Assembly (NCBI GenBank): GCA_964402565.1
Contig: CAYOCJ010000001.1
Coordinates: forward strand, 416,079-480,078
Direction: 5' to 3'
DNA from: an uncultured Gammaproteobacteria bacterium
GTDB taxonomy: Bacteria > Patescibacteriota > Patescibacteriia > UBA1558 > 2-01-FULL-52-15
Length of the DNA: 64,000 nucleotides
The translations under genes were made by a program, and so were the position numbers. Shown here piece after piece: positions 50,842-60,658 of this stretch. The notes under the pieces were generated by a model that was not told where the DNA came from, did not search any database, and saw only the letters and a list, made by a program, of their open reading frames with translations. The stretch's first letter is position 1, and the number at the start of each line of letters is the position of its first letter.

Positions 50842-51761
50842 ATATTCAAGAACACGTCAGCTTAAAAGAATATACGACATTCCGGATCGGCGGGCCTGCC
50901 CGTTATTTTTGCATTGCACAATCCTCGCATGACGTTATTGAAGCATTACGGTGGGCACAAGAAAAAAAGATATCAACCTTTATACTTGGCGGCGGAAGCA
51001 ATCTGCTTTTTTCTGACGATGGTTTTAATGGGCTTGTCATAAAGCTGCAGATCAATTTTTTCGAGGTCAATGCTACCATGGTTACAGTCGGAGCGAGTGT
51101 GGTATTAGCTGAACTTATAGAGAAAACTCTGGCAGCTGGTTTAACAGGCCTTGAATTTGCCGCAGGTATTCCTGGTGAGGTTGGTGGCGCGATAAGAGGG
51201 AATGCCGGCACGTATGGGGTGAGTATGGGCGATTGCATCGATGAGGTACTGGTGGTCAACCGAAGCACCTTGCAAGAGGAGCGAATAAAAGCGGCTGAGT
51301 GCGGCTTTGCATATCGGCACAGCAGTTTCAAAGAAAATGGGGATATCATTATTTCTGCCAAAATGCGCCTGTCACAGGGAGATGTCAGTGCGAGTAAAAA
51401 AATAATAGATGAACGTATTCAAGTGCGACATGAAAATCATCCTCTGGAGCCTTCGGCTGGATGCGTGTTTAAGAATATAGAGTTCTCTAAAATTGATGAA
51501 AACGACCTGGCAAAGCGCGGCGTTGACCTTGAGCAGTTCCGCAAATACCAGAAAATCCCGACCGGTTTCCTCGTTGAGCAACTTGGTTTGAAGGGCAAGA
51601 TGATAGGCGGTGCAGCAATCTCAGCGCGTCACGGCAACTACATTATCAATAATGGCACAGCGACATTTGAGGACGTGATCATTTTGATCAGCCTTATTAA
51701 ACAACAGGTGCGGGATGCATTTGGCATACAGCTTGAAGAGGAGATCCACGTCATTTCTTAG
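50838..51761 (+). CDS. murB: UDP-N-acetylenolpyruvoylglucosamine reductase
   Basis: FAD-binding PCMH domain (TFRIGGPARYF, ILGGGSNLL) and a MurB C-terminal domain. Confidence 0.9.
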   Translation: MNIQEHVSLKEYTTFRIGGPARYFCIAQSSHDVIEALRWAQEKKISTFILGGGSNLLFSDDGFNGLVIKLQINFFEVNATMVTVGASVVLAELIEKTLAAGLTGLEFAAGIPGEVGGAIRGNAGTYGVSMGDCIDEVLVVNRSTLQEERIKAAECGFAYRHSSFKENGDIIISAKMRLSQGDVSASKKIIDERIQVRHENHPLEPSAGCVFKNIEFSKIDENDLAKRGVDLEQFRKYQKIPTGFLVEQLGLKGKMIGGAAISARHGNYIINNGTATFEDVIILISLIKQQVRDAFGIQLEEEIHVIS

Positions 51762-51804
51762 ATAGTATTGATTTTTATCTCATAGACTGGTACAGTTTCG
51801 TCCT

Positions 51805-52152
51805 ATGGATTACCAAGTATATAGCAAAAATCTCGATATCACGGATAGTTTGCGCGAATATCTCGACATGAAGCTTGCGCATGTCGATAAATTAAGCGTA
51901 TCACCCATAGCATGCCGTGTGGACTTAAGCAGAGATCAGCATCATCGAAAGGGCGAAATCTTTCGCGTTGAGATCAATATGAACGTACCGGGGAGGCTTC
52001 TCAGGATCGTTGAACAGCATTCTGATGTCAGGGCAGCTATTGATCTTGCTACTGATAAGCTGGTGCGGCAATTGCAAAAATTCAAAGGAAAAAAGATCGA
52101 CACAAAACGAAGGCTCGACCGCTTCATGAAAACATTTGGACGCGGAGAATGA
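51805..52152 (+). CDS. hpf: ribosome hibernation promoting factor (short HPF/RaiA)
   Basis: Sigma-54 modulation protein/S30EA family signature (ITDSLREY...KLAHVDK...). Confidence 0.85.
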   Translation: MDYQVYSKNLDITDSLREYLDMKLAHVDKLSVSPIACRVDLSRDQHHRKGEIFRVEINMNVPGRLLRIVEQHSDVRAAIDLATDKLVRQLQKFKGKKIDTKRRLDRFMKTFGRGE

Positions 52153-52171
52153 TCTCCGTTAGAACGATACC

Positions 52172-54994
52172 ATGTCAGTACTAACGAAACTATTCGGCGA
52201 CGCTAATAAGCGTTTTTTAAATAAGCTCACTGAAGAAGTGGGAAAGATTTCTGCATTGGAAGAAAAATACACCGCATTTTCCGATGAAGCCCTGCGTGAG
52301 CAAACAACAGTGTTGAAAAAGCGAATCGTGGAACATGTCGAAAAGATTAAGGATGACCTGCACTCGCTTGAAAATACGATCCGTCTTACCGTTTCCGAGG
52401 ACGAAAAAAATCGGCTCAAACGGGAGCATATCGCACTAAGCAACTCAGCGTTGGATGATTGCATCCCCGATGCATTTGCCTTAGTGCGCGAAGTAGGGCG
52501 CAGAACATTGCAACAGAGGCATTTTGATGTGCAGCTGATGGGAGGCATTGTATTGCACCAGGGCCAAGTAGCTGAAATGAAAACGGGAGAAGGTAAGACC
52601 CTTACGTCTACCCTGGCTGTGTATTTAAATGCACTGAGAGGCAAAGGCGTGCATGTGGTAACCGTCAATGACTACCTTGCGAGACGCGACGCAATATGGA
52701 TGGGCCAGATTTTTTATTTTTTGGGCCTTTCCGTCGGAATCATTATCCATGATGCGTCCTACCTCTATGACCCGACCGCAACCACAAAAAAGGAAGATGC
52801 GGACCGGGATCAGGGTGTCAAGCTCGAAATGGAATATTTGCGTGAGGTTGACCGCAAAACAGCCTATGCTGCTGATATCACCTATGGAACAAATAATGAA
52901 TTCGGTTTTGATTATCTCCGCGACAATATGGTCCAGCATATGGACCAGAAAGTTCAGCGTGATCTGCATTTTGCCATCATCGACGAAGTCGACAGCATTT
53001 TGATCGATGAAGCGCGCACACCGCTCATTATTTCTGCGCCGGACGCAAAATCGACGGATAAGTACTATCAATTCGCTCAGATCGTAGAAGGACTGAGCAT
53101 CAAGGATGATTATGTGGTCGACGAGAAAGACCGCGCAGCTACGCTGACCGAGGCCGGTATCGCGAAAGTAGAAAAGATCCTGGGAGTCGAGAATATCTAT
53201 GTTGAACAGGGCATTCAGACAGTGCATCACATTGAGCAAGCGTTGAAGGCAAAGGCTTTATTTACGAGAGATAAGGATTACGCGATCAAGGATGGCGAAG
53301 TCGTGATAGTTGATGAATTCACCGGCCGCATGCTGCCTGGCCGCCGCTATTCAGAGGGCTTGCATCAGGCTATTGAGGCTAAAGAGGGGCTTACCATACA
53401 GCGTGAGAGCAAGACCATGGCAACCATAACCTTCCAGAATTACTTTCGATTATATTCCAAAATTGCCGGTATGACCGGTACAGCAGAAACAGAGGCTGAA
53501 GAGCTTGCGAAGATCTATAACCTTGACGTGACCACGATACCGACGAATAAGACCATGGTCCGCAAAGACCTGTCCGACAGGATCTATAAGAGCGAAGCAG
53601 GCAAATTCAAAGCAGTGGTCGAGGAAATCAAGCAGCGCACAGCAACCGGCCAGCCGGTTCTCGTCGGCACCATCTCGATCGAAAAAAATGAATTCTTGGG
53701 TTCGCTCCTTGAGCATGAAGGTTTGAAGTTCAATATTTTGAACGCAAAACAGCATGAACGAGAAGCTGAAACCATAGCGCAGGCAGGCAGCCTGAGTGCG
53801 ATCACGATAGCCACAAACATCGCCGGAAGAGGAGTCGACATCAAACTCGGAGGATCGCCATTCAATCAAGATGCATTCGACAAGATCGTAGCCTTAGGAG
53901 GACTGCATGTGATCGGAACTGAGCGCCATGAGTCTCGTCGTATCGATAATCAGTTGCGCGGACGTGCCGGCCGGCAAGGGGAACCTGGCTCGACGCAATT
54001 TTATGTTTCACTGGATGATGACCTGATGCGCATCTTCGGGGCAGAGCGCGTCAAAGCAGTTATGAAAAGCTGGCCCGAGGATGCTCCGATCGAGAATGCA
54101 TTCATTTCTAAGTCGATCGAATCCGCACAGAAGCGCGTCGAGGGCCATAATTTCGACATACGCAAGCACCTGGTCGAGTATGATGATGTGATCAATAAGC
54201 AGCGTACGCTTATTTACTCGAAGCGAGACCAGCTATTAGGCATCGGAGCCGAAGCCGCAGACGCTGAACTTCAAAATCTCGCGCAGCAAGAGATTAAAAG
54301 TGAAATAGAGGACGCTGTCTATTTTCATACGCAAACCGATGAGCGATCATCGTGGAAGATATCGGAGCTTATTGATTCCCTCAGGATTCTTTTGCAAAGC
54401 GATGCGTCCCAGGAAAAGGAAATGAAAGCTTTGCTCGAAGGAGGTATGCCTGCGGCTGCACGCGAAAAGGCCATTGATTTTTGCACCAAGCGCGCTGAGG
54501 AGCGGCTTGCGTCCCTCGCCGGGCAGGTTCAAAAGCAATTAACGACACCCGACCAGGCGCATCCTTTCAATGAGATCGTCAGGACATTGAATATACGGAG
54601 TATTGATATGCTGTGGGTCGATCACCTGGAGACGATTAATTATCTGCGCACCGGCATAGGCCTTCGCGGTTATGGACAACGGGACCCGCTTGTCGAGTAT
54701 AAGCGCGAGTCTAAGGACTTGTTTAATCGCCTGCTGGCTGATATTCGCAAGCAATTCGTGTATTCATTGATGAGCGTAACGGTTGGGACTCCGACGAAAT
54801 TGCAGTCCGGTCAGCATCAACATCTCCATGTCCAGGAGCAAAAGGCCAACTTGCAGGCATTTTCTGATGAAGAAGAACCTGAGCGCCAGAAGGTCATCTC
54901 AAAGCTGAAGAATGAACAGGGAGAGAAAATCGGCCGAAATGACTTATGTTTTTGCGGTTCTGGGAAAAAGTATAAGAAATGCCATGGGGCGTAA
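52172..54994 (+). CDS. secA: preprotein translocase ATPase SecA
   Basis: DEAD motor domains (MKTGEGKTL, DEVDSILIDEA). C-terminal zinc finger CFCGSGKKYKKCHG. Confidence 0.95.
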   Translation: MSVLTKLFGDANKRFLNKLTEEVGKISALEEKYTAFSDEALREQTTVLKKRIVEHVEKIKDDLHSLENTIRLTVSEDEKNRLKREHIALSNSALDDCIPDAFALVREVGRRTLQQRHFDVQLMGGIVLHQGQVAEMKTGEGKTLTSTLAVYLNALRGKGVHVVTVNDYLARRDAIWMGQIFYFLGLSVGIIIHDASYLYDPTATTKKEDADRDQGVKLEMEYLREVDRKTAYAADITYGTNNEFGFDYLRDNMVQHMDQKVQRDLHFAIIDEVDSILIDEARTPLIISAPDAKSTDKYYQFAQIVEGLSIKDDYVVDEKDRAATLTEAGIAKVEKILGVENIYVEQGIQTVHHIEQALKAKALFTRDKDYAIKDGEVVIVDEFTGRMLPGRRYSEGLHQAIEAKEGLTIQRESKTMATITFQNYFRLYSKIAGMTGTAETEAEELAKIYNLDVTTIPTNKTMVRKDLSDRIYKSEAGKFKAVVEEIKQRTATGQPVLVGTISIEKNEFLGSLLEHEGLKFNILNAKQHEREAETIAQAGSLSAITIATNIAGRGVDIKLGGSPFNQDAFDKIVALGGLHVIGTERHESRRIDNQLRGRAGRQGEPGSTQFYVSLDDDLMRIFGAERVKAVMKSWPEDAPIENAFISKSIESAQKRVEGHNFDIRKHLVEYDDVINKQRTLIYSKRDQLLGIGAEAADAELQNLAQQEIKSEIEDAVYFHTQTDERSSWKISELIDSLRILLQSDASQEKEMKALLEGGMPAAAREKAIDFCTKRAEERLASLAGQVQKQLTTPDQAHPFNEIVRTLNIRSIDMLWVDHLETINYLRTGIGLRGYGQRDPLVEYKRESKDLFNRLLADIRKQFVYSLMSVTVGTPTKLQSGQHQHLHVQEQKANLQAFSDEEEPERQKVISKLKNEQGEKIGRNDLCFCGSGKKYKKCHGA

Positions 54995-55196
54995 AAAAAG
55001 AGCCGGCAGTTTAAATCTGTCGGACTCTCAAGACTGGAGCGCTTTGCGCCCAGCACCATCGCTCCTTTGATGGCCCTCATGCAGGAATGTTATACAAACC
55101 TACACGATCATGAGGGTTATAGCAGAGGTCTTTTGTACTGTCAAGGCAATAAAACCCTTGAAATAATTAGAAACACCTGCTACTATAGTCATCGTT

Positions 55197-56909
55197 ATGA
55201 ATAAGTATCGAGTTGAGTCAACTAGACGCAGAATGTCATCCCGGACGCAGGTCCGGCTTAGTTTATTGGCCATCGTGCTCTTGGCTGGTTTTTTTTCGCT
55301 CATCGCCTGGCCGAATTTGCCGGCAGGTTTCCCCGCATCTGCATATTTTAATAAATTTTCTCCGCATCTTGGACTAGATCTGCAGGGAGGTACGCACTTG
55401 GTATATCAGGCAGACCTTTCCAATATTGATTCATCTGAAAAGAATTCAGCGATCGAAGGAGCTCGAGATGTCATTGAACGCCGCGTCAATACCTTAGGCG
55501 TTGCTGAACCGGTCGTTGAAACCGCAAATCAGGCTGGCAATGCCCGCATCATTGTCGAGCTGGCAGGCATTAAAGATGTTAATCAGGCTATCAAACTGAT
55601 CGGTGATACGCCTTTGCTTGAATTTAAGGAAACATCTGATCAAAAGGCAACATCCACTCAGCCGACAGCCGATCAGATTTCAGCTGTAACAAAGGCGAAT
55701 CAGGAAAAAGAAAAGCTCGCAAAGGAACTTATTGCACGATTGAACAAAGGTGAATCCTTTGATGAGCTGGCGAAAAAATATTCTGAGGATACATCGAAGG
55801 ATAAAGGCGGCGATCTTGGTTTCGTGACCAAAGGTGTCTTTACGCCGCTCTTCGAGAAGGCGATCTTTGACGAAATGAAGGTCGGAGAATTGCGCCAGAC
55901 ACCTCTAAAAACGGAATTCGGATACCATGTGATCAAAAAGTTAGAGGAGCGGACCAATGATAAGGGCGAGAAAGAAGTGCGTGCGGCTCACATTCTCTTG
56001 AAGACGGCTTCTATAGCTCCGGCGACCACCGATATACAGTGGGTCAATACTCAGCTCTCAGGCAAGAACTTGAAGCGTGCGCAGGTTACTTTTAGTTATC
56101 AGGCAAATGAGCCGCAGGTTAGTTTGATGTTCGACAGCGAGGGCGCTGACCTCTTCAAAACGATCACTGAACGCAATATTGGAAAGCAAGTCGGCATTTT
56201 TCTGGATGGTTCAGTTATTTCAGCGCCGACTGTGCAAACAGCTATTACCGGAGGTCAGGCGGTTATCACGGGGAATTTCGGTCTTAAGGAAGCTAAGCTT
56301 TTGGCGCAGCGCTTAAACGCTGGTGCATTGCCGGTGCCGATCTCTTTGATCAATCAACAGACCATCGGCGCTAGCCTTGGCCAGGATTCGCTGCAACGCA
56401 GTTTGCAGGCAGGCCTGATCGGCTTTATTTTGGTGGCTTTGTTTATGATTCTGTATTATCGATTGCCAGGCGTTCTCTCAGTATTGGCTTTGGCTTTGTA
56501 TGCCATTATCACGCAGGGGCTGTTTGAAATCATCCCAGTAACGCTGACATTAGCCGGTGTAGCTGGTTTTATTCTTTCTGTAGGTATGGCGGTCGACGCG
56601 AACGTGCTGATCTTCGAACGTGTCAAAGAGGAATTACGCTCCGGAAGCAGCTATCTGCAGGCAGTAGAGGATGGTTTCAAGCGAGCATGGTCATCGATTC
56701 GCGACTCGAATGTATCGAGCCTTATCACCTGTGCGATTTTGTATTGGTTCGGTTCTTCAATTATCCGGGGTTTTGCCGTCACATTGGCCTTAGGCATTCT
56801 CGTGAGTATGTTCTCGGCTATCAATGTGACTCGAACCTTCCTGCGTATTATCATCAAACGGCAGTTCATACAGAAGAGCTGGTTATTCGGAATTAGAAAG
56901 AATTCATAA
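55197..56909 (+). CDS. secD: protein translocase subunit SecD with an embedded parvulin-like (PpiC-type) segment in the periplasmic domain
   Basis: GLDLQGGTHLVYQ SecD motif and a C-terminal 6-TM SecD region. Residues ~165-270 carry GGDLGF....FGYHVIKK and a following AAHILLK, which are hallmarks of parvulin rotamases. Confidence 0.85.
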   Translation: MNKYRVESTRRRMSSRTQVRLSLLAIVLLAGFFSLIAWPNLPAGFPASAYFNKFSPHLGLDLQGGTHLVYQADLSNIDSSEKNSAIEGARDVIERRVNTLGVAEPVVETANQAGNARIIVELAGIKDVNQAIKLIGDTPLLEFKETSDQKATSTQPTADQISAVTKANQEKEKLAKELIARLNKGESFDELAKKYSEDTSKDKGGDLGFVTKGVFTPLFEKAIFDEMKVGELRQTPLKTEFGYHVIKKLEERTNDKGEKEVRAAHILLKTASIAPATTDIQWVNTQLSGKNLKRAQVTFSYQANEPQVSLMFDSEGADLFKTITERNIGKQVGIFLDGSVISAPTVQTAITGGQAVITGNFGLKEAKLLAQRLNAGALPVPISLINQQTIGASLGQDSLQRSLQAGLIGFILVALFMILYYRLPGVLSVLALALYAIITQGLFEIIPVTLTLAGVAGFILSVGMAVDANVLIFERVKEELRSGSSYLQAVEDGFKRAWSSIRDSNVSSLITCAILYWFGSSIIRGFAVTLALGILVSMFSAINVTRTFLRIIIKRQFIQKSWLFGIRKNS

Positions 56910-56912
56910 CGT

Positions 56913-57833
56913 ATGAGAAACCTTCATATCATCGAAAAACGCAAATTTTGGTACACGCTATCGCTGATTATTACCATTGGCGCGGTTATATCATTATCCG
57001 TCTTTGGCTTTAAATACGGCCTGGATTTTACGGGCGGGAGTTTGATGGAATTAGAGTATTCAAAATCGCGGCCGGCGAATGATACGGTAGTCAATTTCCT
57101 AAAAAAACAGGGCCTCGAAAATGTGCGTGTCCAGCCAAGCGGTGATAAGGGAGTCATTATGCGCTTGCCGGAAGTGAATGAAGAAAAGCATCAGCAGCTG
57201 CTGAAAGCATTCGCCGATGATGCAAAAAACATCGAGGCTGATGACACTGTGAATGAGTTGCGCTTTGAATCCTTTGGTCCGAGCTTGGGCAGCGAACTGA
57301 AGCGCCAGTCGATCTATGCAGTACTCTTAGTTCTCGCAGCTATTATTGCGTATCTTGCCTATGCGTTTCGTAAAGTATCGCACCCGGTGGCATCGTGGAA
57401 ATTTGGCACCGTTGCTGTCATTGCTTTGATTCATGATGTTCTTGTTTTGGTCGGCGTATTTTCACTGCTTGGCCATTTCTATGGAACAGAGATAGATAGC
57501 CTGTTTATCACCGCCCTCTTAACACTGCTCGGGTTCTCAGTGCACGATACCATTGTTACCATGGACCGTATCAGAGAAAATTTGTTCAAGCATCAGGATG
57601 AAACATTCGAAATGGTCGTGAACCGGAGCATTAATGAGACCATGTCGCGCTCCATAAACACCTCTTTGACTACATTATTTGCTGTGACTGCTATTTTTCT
57701 GTACGGAGGATCGTCTATACATGATTTCAGCCTTGCCTTAATGGTCGGTATTATCGTTGGCACCTATTCTTCTATCTTCATTGCTGCGCCACTGCTTGCT
57801 ACCTGGTATAAGTTCGATCGTAGAAAGAGCTAA
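56913..57833 (+). CDS. secF: protein translocase subunit SecF
   Basis: SecF architecture and motifs. Adjacent to secD. Confidence 0.9.
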   Translation: MRNLHIIEKRKFWYTLSLIITIGAVISLSVFGFKYGLDFTGGSLMELEYSKSRPANDTVVNFLKKQGLENVRVQPSGDKGVIMRLPEVNEEKHQQLLKAFADDAKNIEADDTVNELRFESFGPSLGSELKRQSIYAVLLVLAAIIAYLAYAFRKVSHPVASWKFGTVAVIALIHDVLVLVGVFSLLGHFYGTEIDSLFITALLTLLGFSVHDTIVTMDRIRENLFKHQDETFEMVVNRSINETMSRSINTSLTTLFAVTAIFLYGGSSIHDFSLALMVGIIVGTYSSIFIAAPLLATWYKFDRRKS

Positions 57834-57857
57834 TATTAGCTTAATATATTTTGTATT

Positions 57858-57882
57858 TTGGGCCTTTTGGCCTCTTTTTTTG
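57858..57882 (+). terminator. intrinsic terminator after secF
   Basis: ggcc-tttt-ggcc followed by tctttttttg. Confidence 0.55.
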
Positions 57883-57904
57883 TTTATAGAAACTCTGCTG
57901 TCCC

Positions 57905-57941
57905 TATAATGCTTGACTAAATTTATTAATTATGCTATATT
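57905..57941 (+). promoter_or_regulatory. sigma-70-type promoter(s) upstream of the 57975 gene
   Basis: TATAAT at 57905-57910, and TTGACT (57913-57918), a 17-nt spacer, then TATATT (57936-57941). Confidence 0.5.
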
Positions 57942-57974
57942 TGGCGCATAAATTAAACAGTAGACCACGAGCAT

Positions 57975-59081
57975 ATGTCTCAGTCAATATTAGACCAAGT
58001 CTTGTCATCACAGAAACAATCAGCAATCTCACGTTTTGACGCTGCAGAAACAGCTTCAAAGCTTTTTGGCATACTGAATGAGCGCGAGCAAGATATTATC
58101 CAGAAGCGATATGGCTTGCACGGTAAAGATAAAAGTACGCTCGAAGAGATCGGAAAGAGCTATGCGGTGACCCGCGAGCGAATACGGCAGGTCGAAAATA
58201 CATCACTGAAGCGAATTCGCGAGTCTTTTAATGAAACAATATTAAAAGAGCTCGAGTATTTGATCCAGAATATACTTGAAGATCATGGTGATATCATGTC
58301 TGAAAGTAAACTGGTTAAAATGCTGCTTGCAGCAGAGGATGAGAAGTCTAGTGACGGCGCTTTGGTCCGTTTCTTGCTCAACCAGCTGCTTACTGACCGT
58401 TTGGAATCGGTCAAAGACTCAGATACGACATACAAAGCTTGGTCGCTACCGGGTGCAGACTGGGAAACCTACGATCATATCGTCAAACAATTGATAGATA
58501 TTATCGATACGCATGGAGAGCCATTAGCACTTGAAGCTTTGCTGAGCCATGCTCGCGATCAGATCAAGCTCGAGAATGAGATGCATCAGAATTTCGAGAA
58601 TATTATCATGAATTATCTGGATGTAACCAAGAAGATCGAAGAGAATAAATTCAATGAGTGGGGTTTGTCGCACTGGAACAGTATCAAGCCGCGCCGCATG
58701 AATGACAAGATCTATATGATCATGAAGCGCGAGAATAAGCCGATGCACTTCGTTGAGATCGCTAAAAAGATAAATGAGGCTGGCTTTGATACACGCGTTG
58801 CGTACCCTGCGACCATCCATAATGAGCTTATCCTTGACGATAAGTATGTTCTGGTCGGCAGAGGTATTTATGCTCTCAAAGAATGGGGTTATAAACCGGG
58901 CGTGGTCCTGGATGTTATCAAGGACACCATCCGAAAGAGTCCGAAACCGCTGACTCGTGACGGCATTATTGATGAAGTACTCAAGAATCGCATGGTCAAG
59001 CGGAGTACGGTTATACTCGCATTGATGAATAAGAAGCATTTTTCGAAAAATGCTGACGGAACATACGCAATAGCTGAGTAA
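57975..59081 (+). CDS. sigma-70 region-4 HTH + C-terminal HARE-HTH-like domain protein (putative transcription factor)
   Basis: N-terminus STLEEIGKSYAVTRERIRQVENTSLKRIR is a sigma region 4.2 HTH. C-terminus MHFVEIAKKINEAGF...VLVGRGIYALKEW matches the HARE-HTH / RpoE-delta N-domain pattern. No sigma region 2 is present. Confidence 0.6.
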   Translation: MSQSILDQVLSSQKQSAISRFDAAETASKLFGILNEREQDIIQKRYGLHGKDKSTLEEIGKSYAVTRERIRQVENTSLKRIRESFNETILKELEYLIQNILEDHGDIMSESKLVKMLLAAEDEKSSDGALVRFLLNQLLTDRLESVKDSDTTYKAWSLPGADWETYDHIVKQLIDIIDTHGEPLALEALLSHARDQIKLENEMHQNFENIIMNYLDVTKKIEENKFNEWGLSHWNSIKPRRMNDKIYMIMKRENKPMHFVEIAKKINEAGFDTRVAYPATIHNELILDDKYVLVGRGIYALKEWGYKPGVVLDVIKDTIRKSPKPLTRDGIIDEVLKNRMVKRSTVILALMNKKHFSKNADGTYAIAE

Positions 59082-59140
59082 GTTTTTCTGCTGCTTCACG
59101 CATTTACTGGCGTGCGGTACAATACAAATACAAAGAAATC

Positions 59141-60658
59141 ATGAACGCCTGGTTCGAACAAATTACCGTTTTTTTTGTTGAGCTTTCTACCAAGAATCCA
59201 CTGTCTATCATGTGGATTTTATTTCTTAAAGGAGGCTGGGTCATTGTCATGATCGGCTTGCTTCGGCTGTGGTGGCTGATGCGTTTATATTCGCTGCAAA
59301 CCAAGTACAGCAAAACCATCACGTATACCATGCTTGCCATAGATATTCCGAAGGCCAGCGAACAAACGCCGAAAGCCATGGAACAGGTGTTCGCTACTAT
59401 ATCTGGGGCGCATGCAGACTTCAACAAAAAAGAAATTTATCTGAAGGGAATGTACCAATTGTCATTTTCTTTCGAGATCATCAGTATTGACGGGTATATT
59501 CAGTTTTTGATTCGAACGCCATCGGTATTCCGAGATCTGATCGAAGGCGCGATCTATGCCCATTATCCCGACGCTGAGATCACGGAAGTGTATGATTATA
59601 CGACCGATATACCGACTAATTTCCCCAATGATAGATTCAACCTCTGGGGCGCTGAGATCGAAACTGCAGCAAATGAGGCGCTGCCGCTACGTACGTACGA
59701 GTCTTTCGAGGATAAATTGTCGCAAGAACTGAAAGACCCGCTGGCCGGCGTGCTCGAAACCATGAGCCGCATTCAAAAAGGAGAGCAAGTCTGGCTTCAG
59801 ATCATCGTGAAGCCGACGGACACCGCATGGGCGAAAAAATGCATCGCATATGCTCATAAGCTAGCCGGCAAGAAAACTGAGACCAAAAGCAGCAAATCCT
59901 GGTACTCGCCAATTTTGGGTTTTCTCTATGGCATGTTCGATGATTGGATATCATGGATGCCTGGCTCAAAAGTCGAATCGAAAAATGATAACGGGCTGGA
60001 TTTTAAAGTATTGAACCTCACACCGGGTGAACGCGCTACCATTGAAGCGGTGGAGCGGAAAGCTTCAAAGATAGGCTTCGTTTGCAAAATTCGACTCATG
60101 TATCTTTCTCCTCACGAGCAATTTTCCGCGAAGCGCGTTGTCTCCGCAGTATTCGGCGGTATGAAGCAATTCGGAGACCTCAGCTCAAATGCGTTGAAGC
60201 CCAATAAGCGGACAAAGACACAGGCAGTGTATTTCAGGCCAGAACAGCGCGCAGATGCACGGAGACGGAGGATCATGGGCAATTACAAAGCGCGCTCGTG
60301 GTTTAACGGATCAAAATACTTCATTTTGAATACTGAAGAACTTGCAACACTCTATCATTTCCCGTCGATCACGGTGACTACACCGTACTTGAAACGCACC
60401 GAGGCAAAAAAGAGCGACGCGCCTTCTCAATTGCCTTCCAGTGCTGAAGAGGTCATGGTGCAAGAAGAGAGCAACCTTAAGCAGCAGCTTGAAGGCTTAT
60501 CGCTCGATAATAGCTACTACGAAAAATTATACGCGAAAGGACCTGTTGAAAAACCCAAGCAAAAAGCGACGCTCAGTACTCCCGAAAAACAGCAGCCAGG
60601 TACACCAGCAATCGAGTCGAGTGACGGTGTCCCGCATAATTTACCGATACTGCAATGA
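59141..60658 (+). CDS. membrane-anchored hypothetical protein (2 N-terminal TM + ~430-aa soluble domain), coupled to T4CP-like ATPase
   Basis: 505-aa ORF with no motif recognised. Stop/start ATGA overlap with the downstream ATPase gene. Confidence 0.6.
   Translation: MNAWFEQITVFFVELSTKNPLSIMWILFLKGGWVIVMIGLLRLWWLMRLYSLQTKYSKTITYTMLAIDIPKASEQTPKAMEQVFATISGAHADFNKKEIYLKGMYQLSFSFEIISIDGYIQFLIRTPSVFRDLIEGAIYAHYPDAEITEVYDYTTDIPTNFPNDRFNLWGAEIETAANEALPLRTYESFEDKLSQELKDPLAGVLETMSRIQKGEQVWLQIIVKPTDTAWAKKCIAYAHKLAGKKTETKSSKSWYSPILGFLYGMFDDWISWMPGSKVESKNDNGLDFKVLNLTPGERATIEAVERKASKIGFVCKIRLMYLSPHEQFSAKRVVSAVFGGMKQFGDLSSNALKPNKRTKTQAVYFRPEQRADARRRRIMGNYKARSWFNGSKYFILNTEELATLYHFPSITVTTPYLKRTEAKKSDAPSQLPSSAEEVMVQEESNLKQQLEGLSLDNSYYEKLYAKGPVEKPKQKATLSTPEKQQPGTPAIESSDGVPHNLPILQ

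Noticed and set aside
52625-53239. 204-aa minus-strand ORF inside secA.
   Set aside because: It is antisense to the secA DEAD-motor region, so it is a shadow ORF.
55003-55023. Hairpin ccggcag-tttaaat-ctgtcgg after secA.
   Set aside because: An A-tract precedes it and no T-tract follows on the + strand. It would only work as a terminator for a minus-strand transcript, for which there is no evidence.
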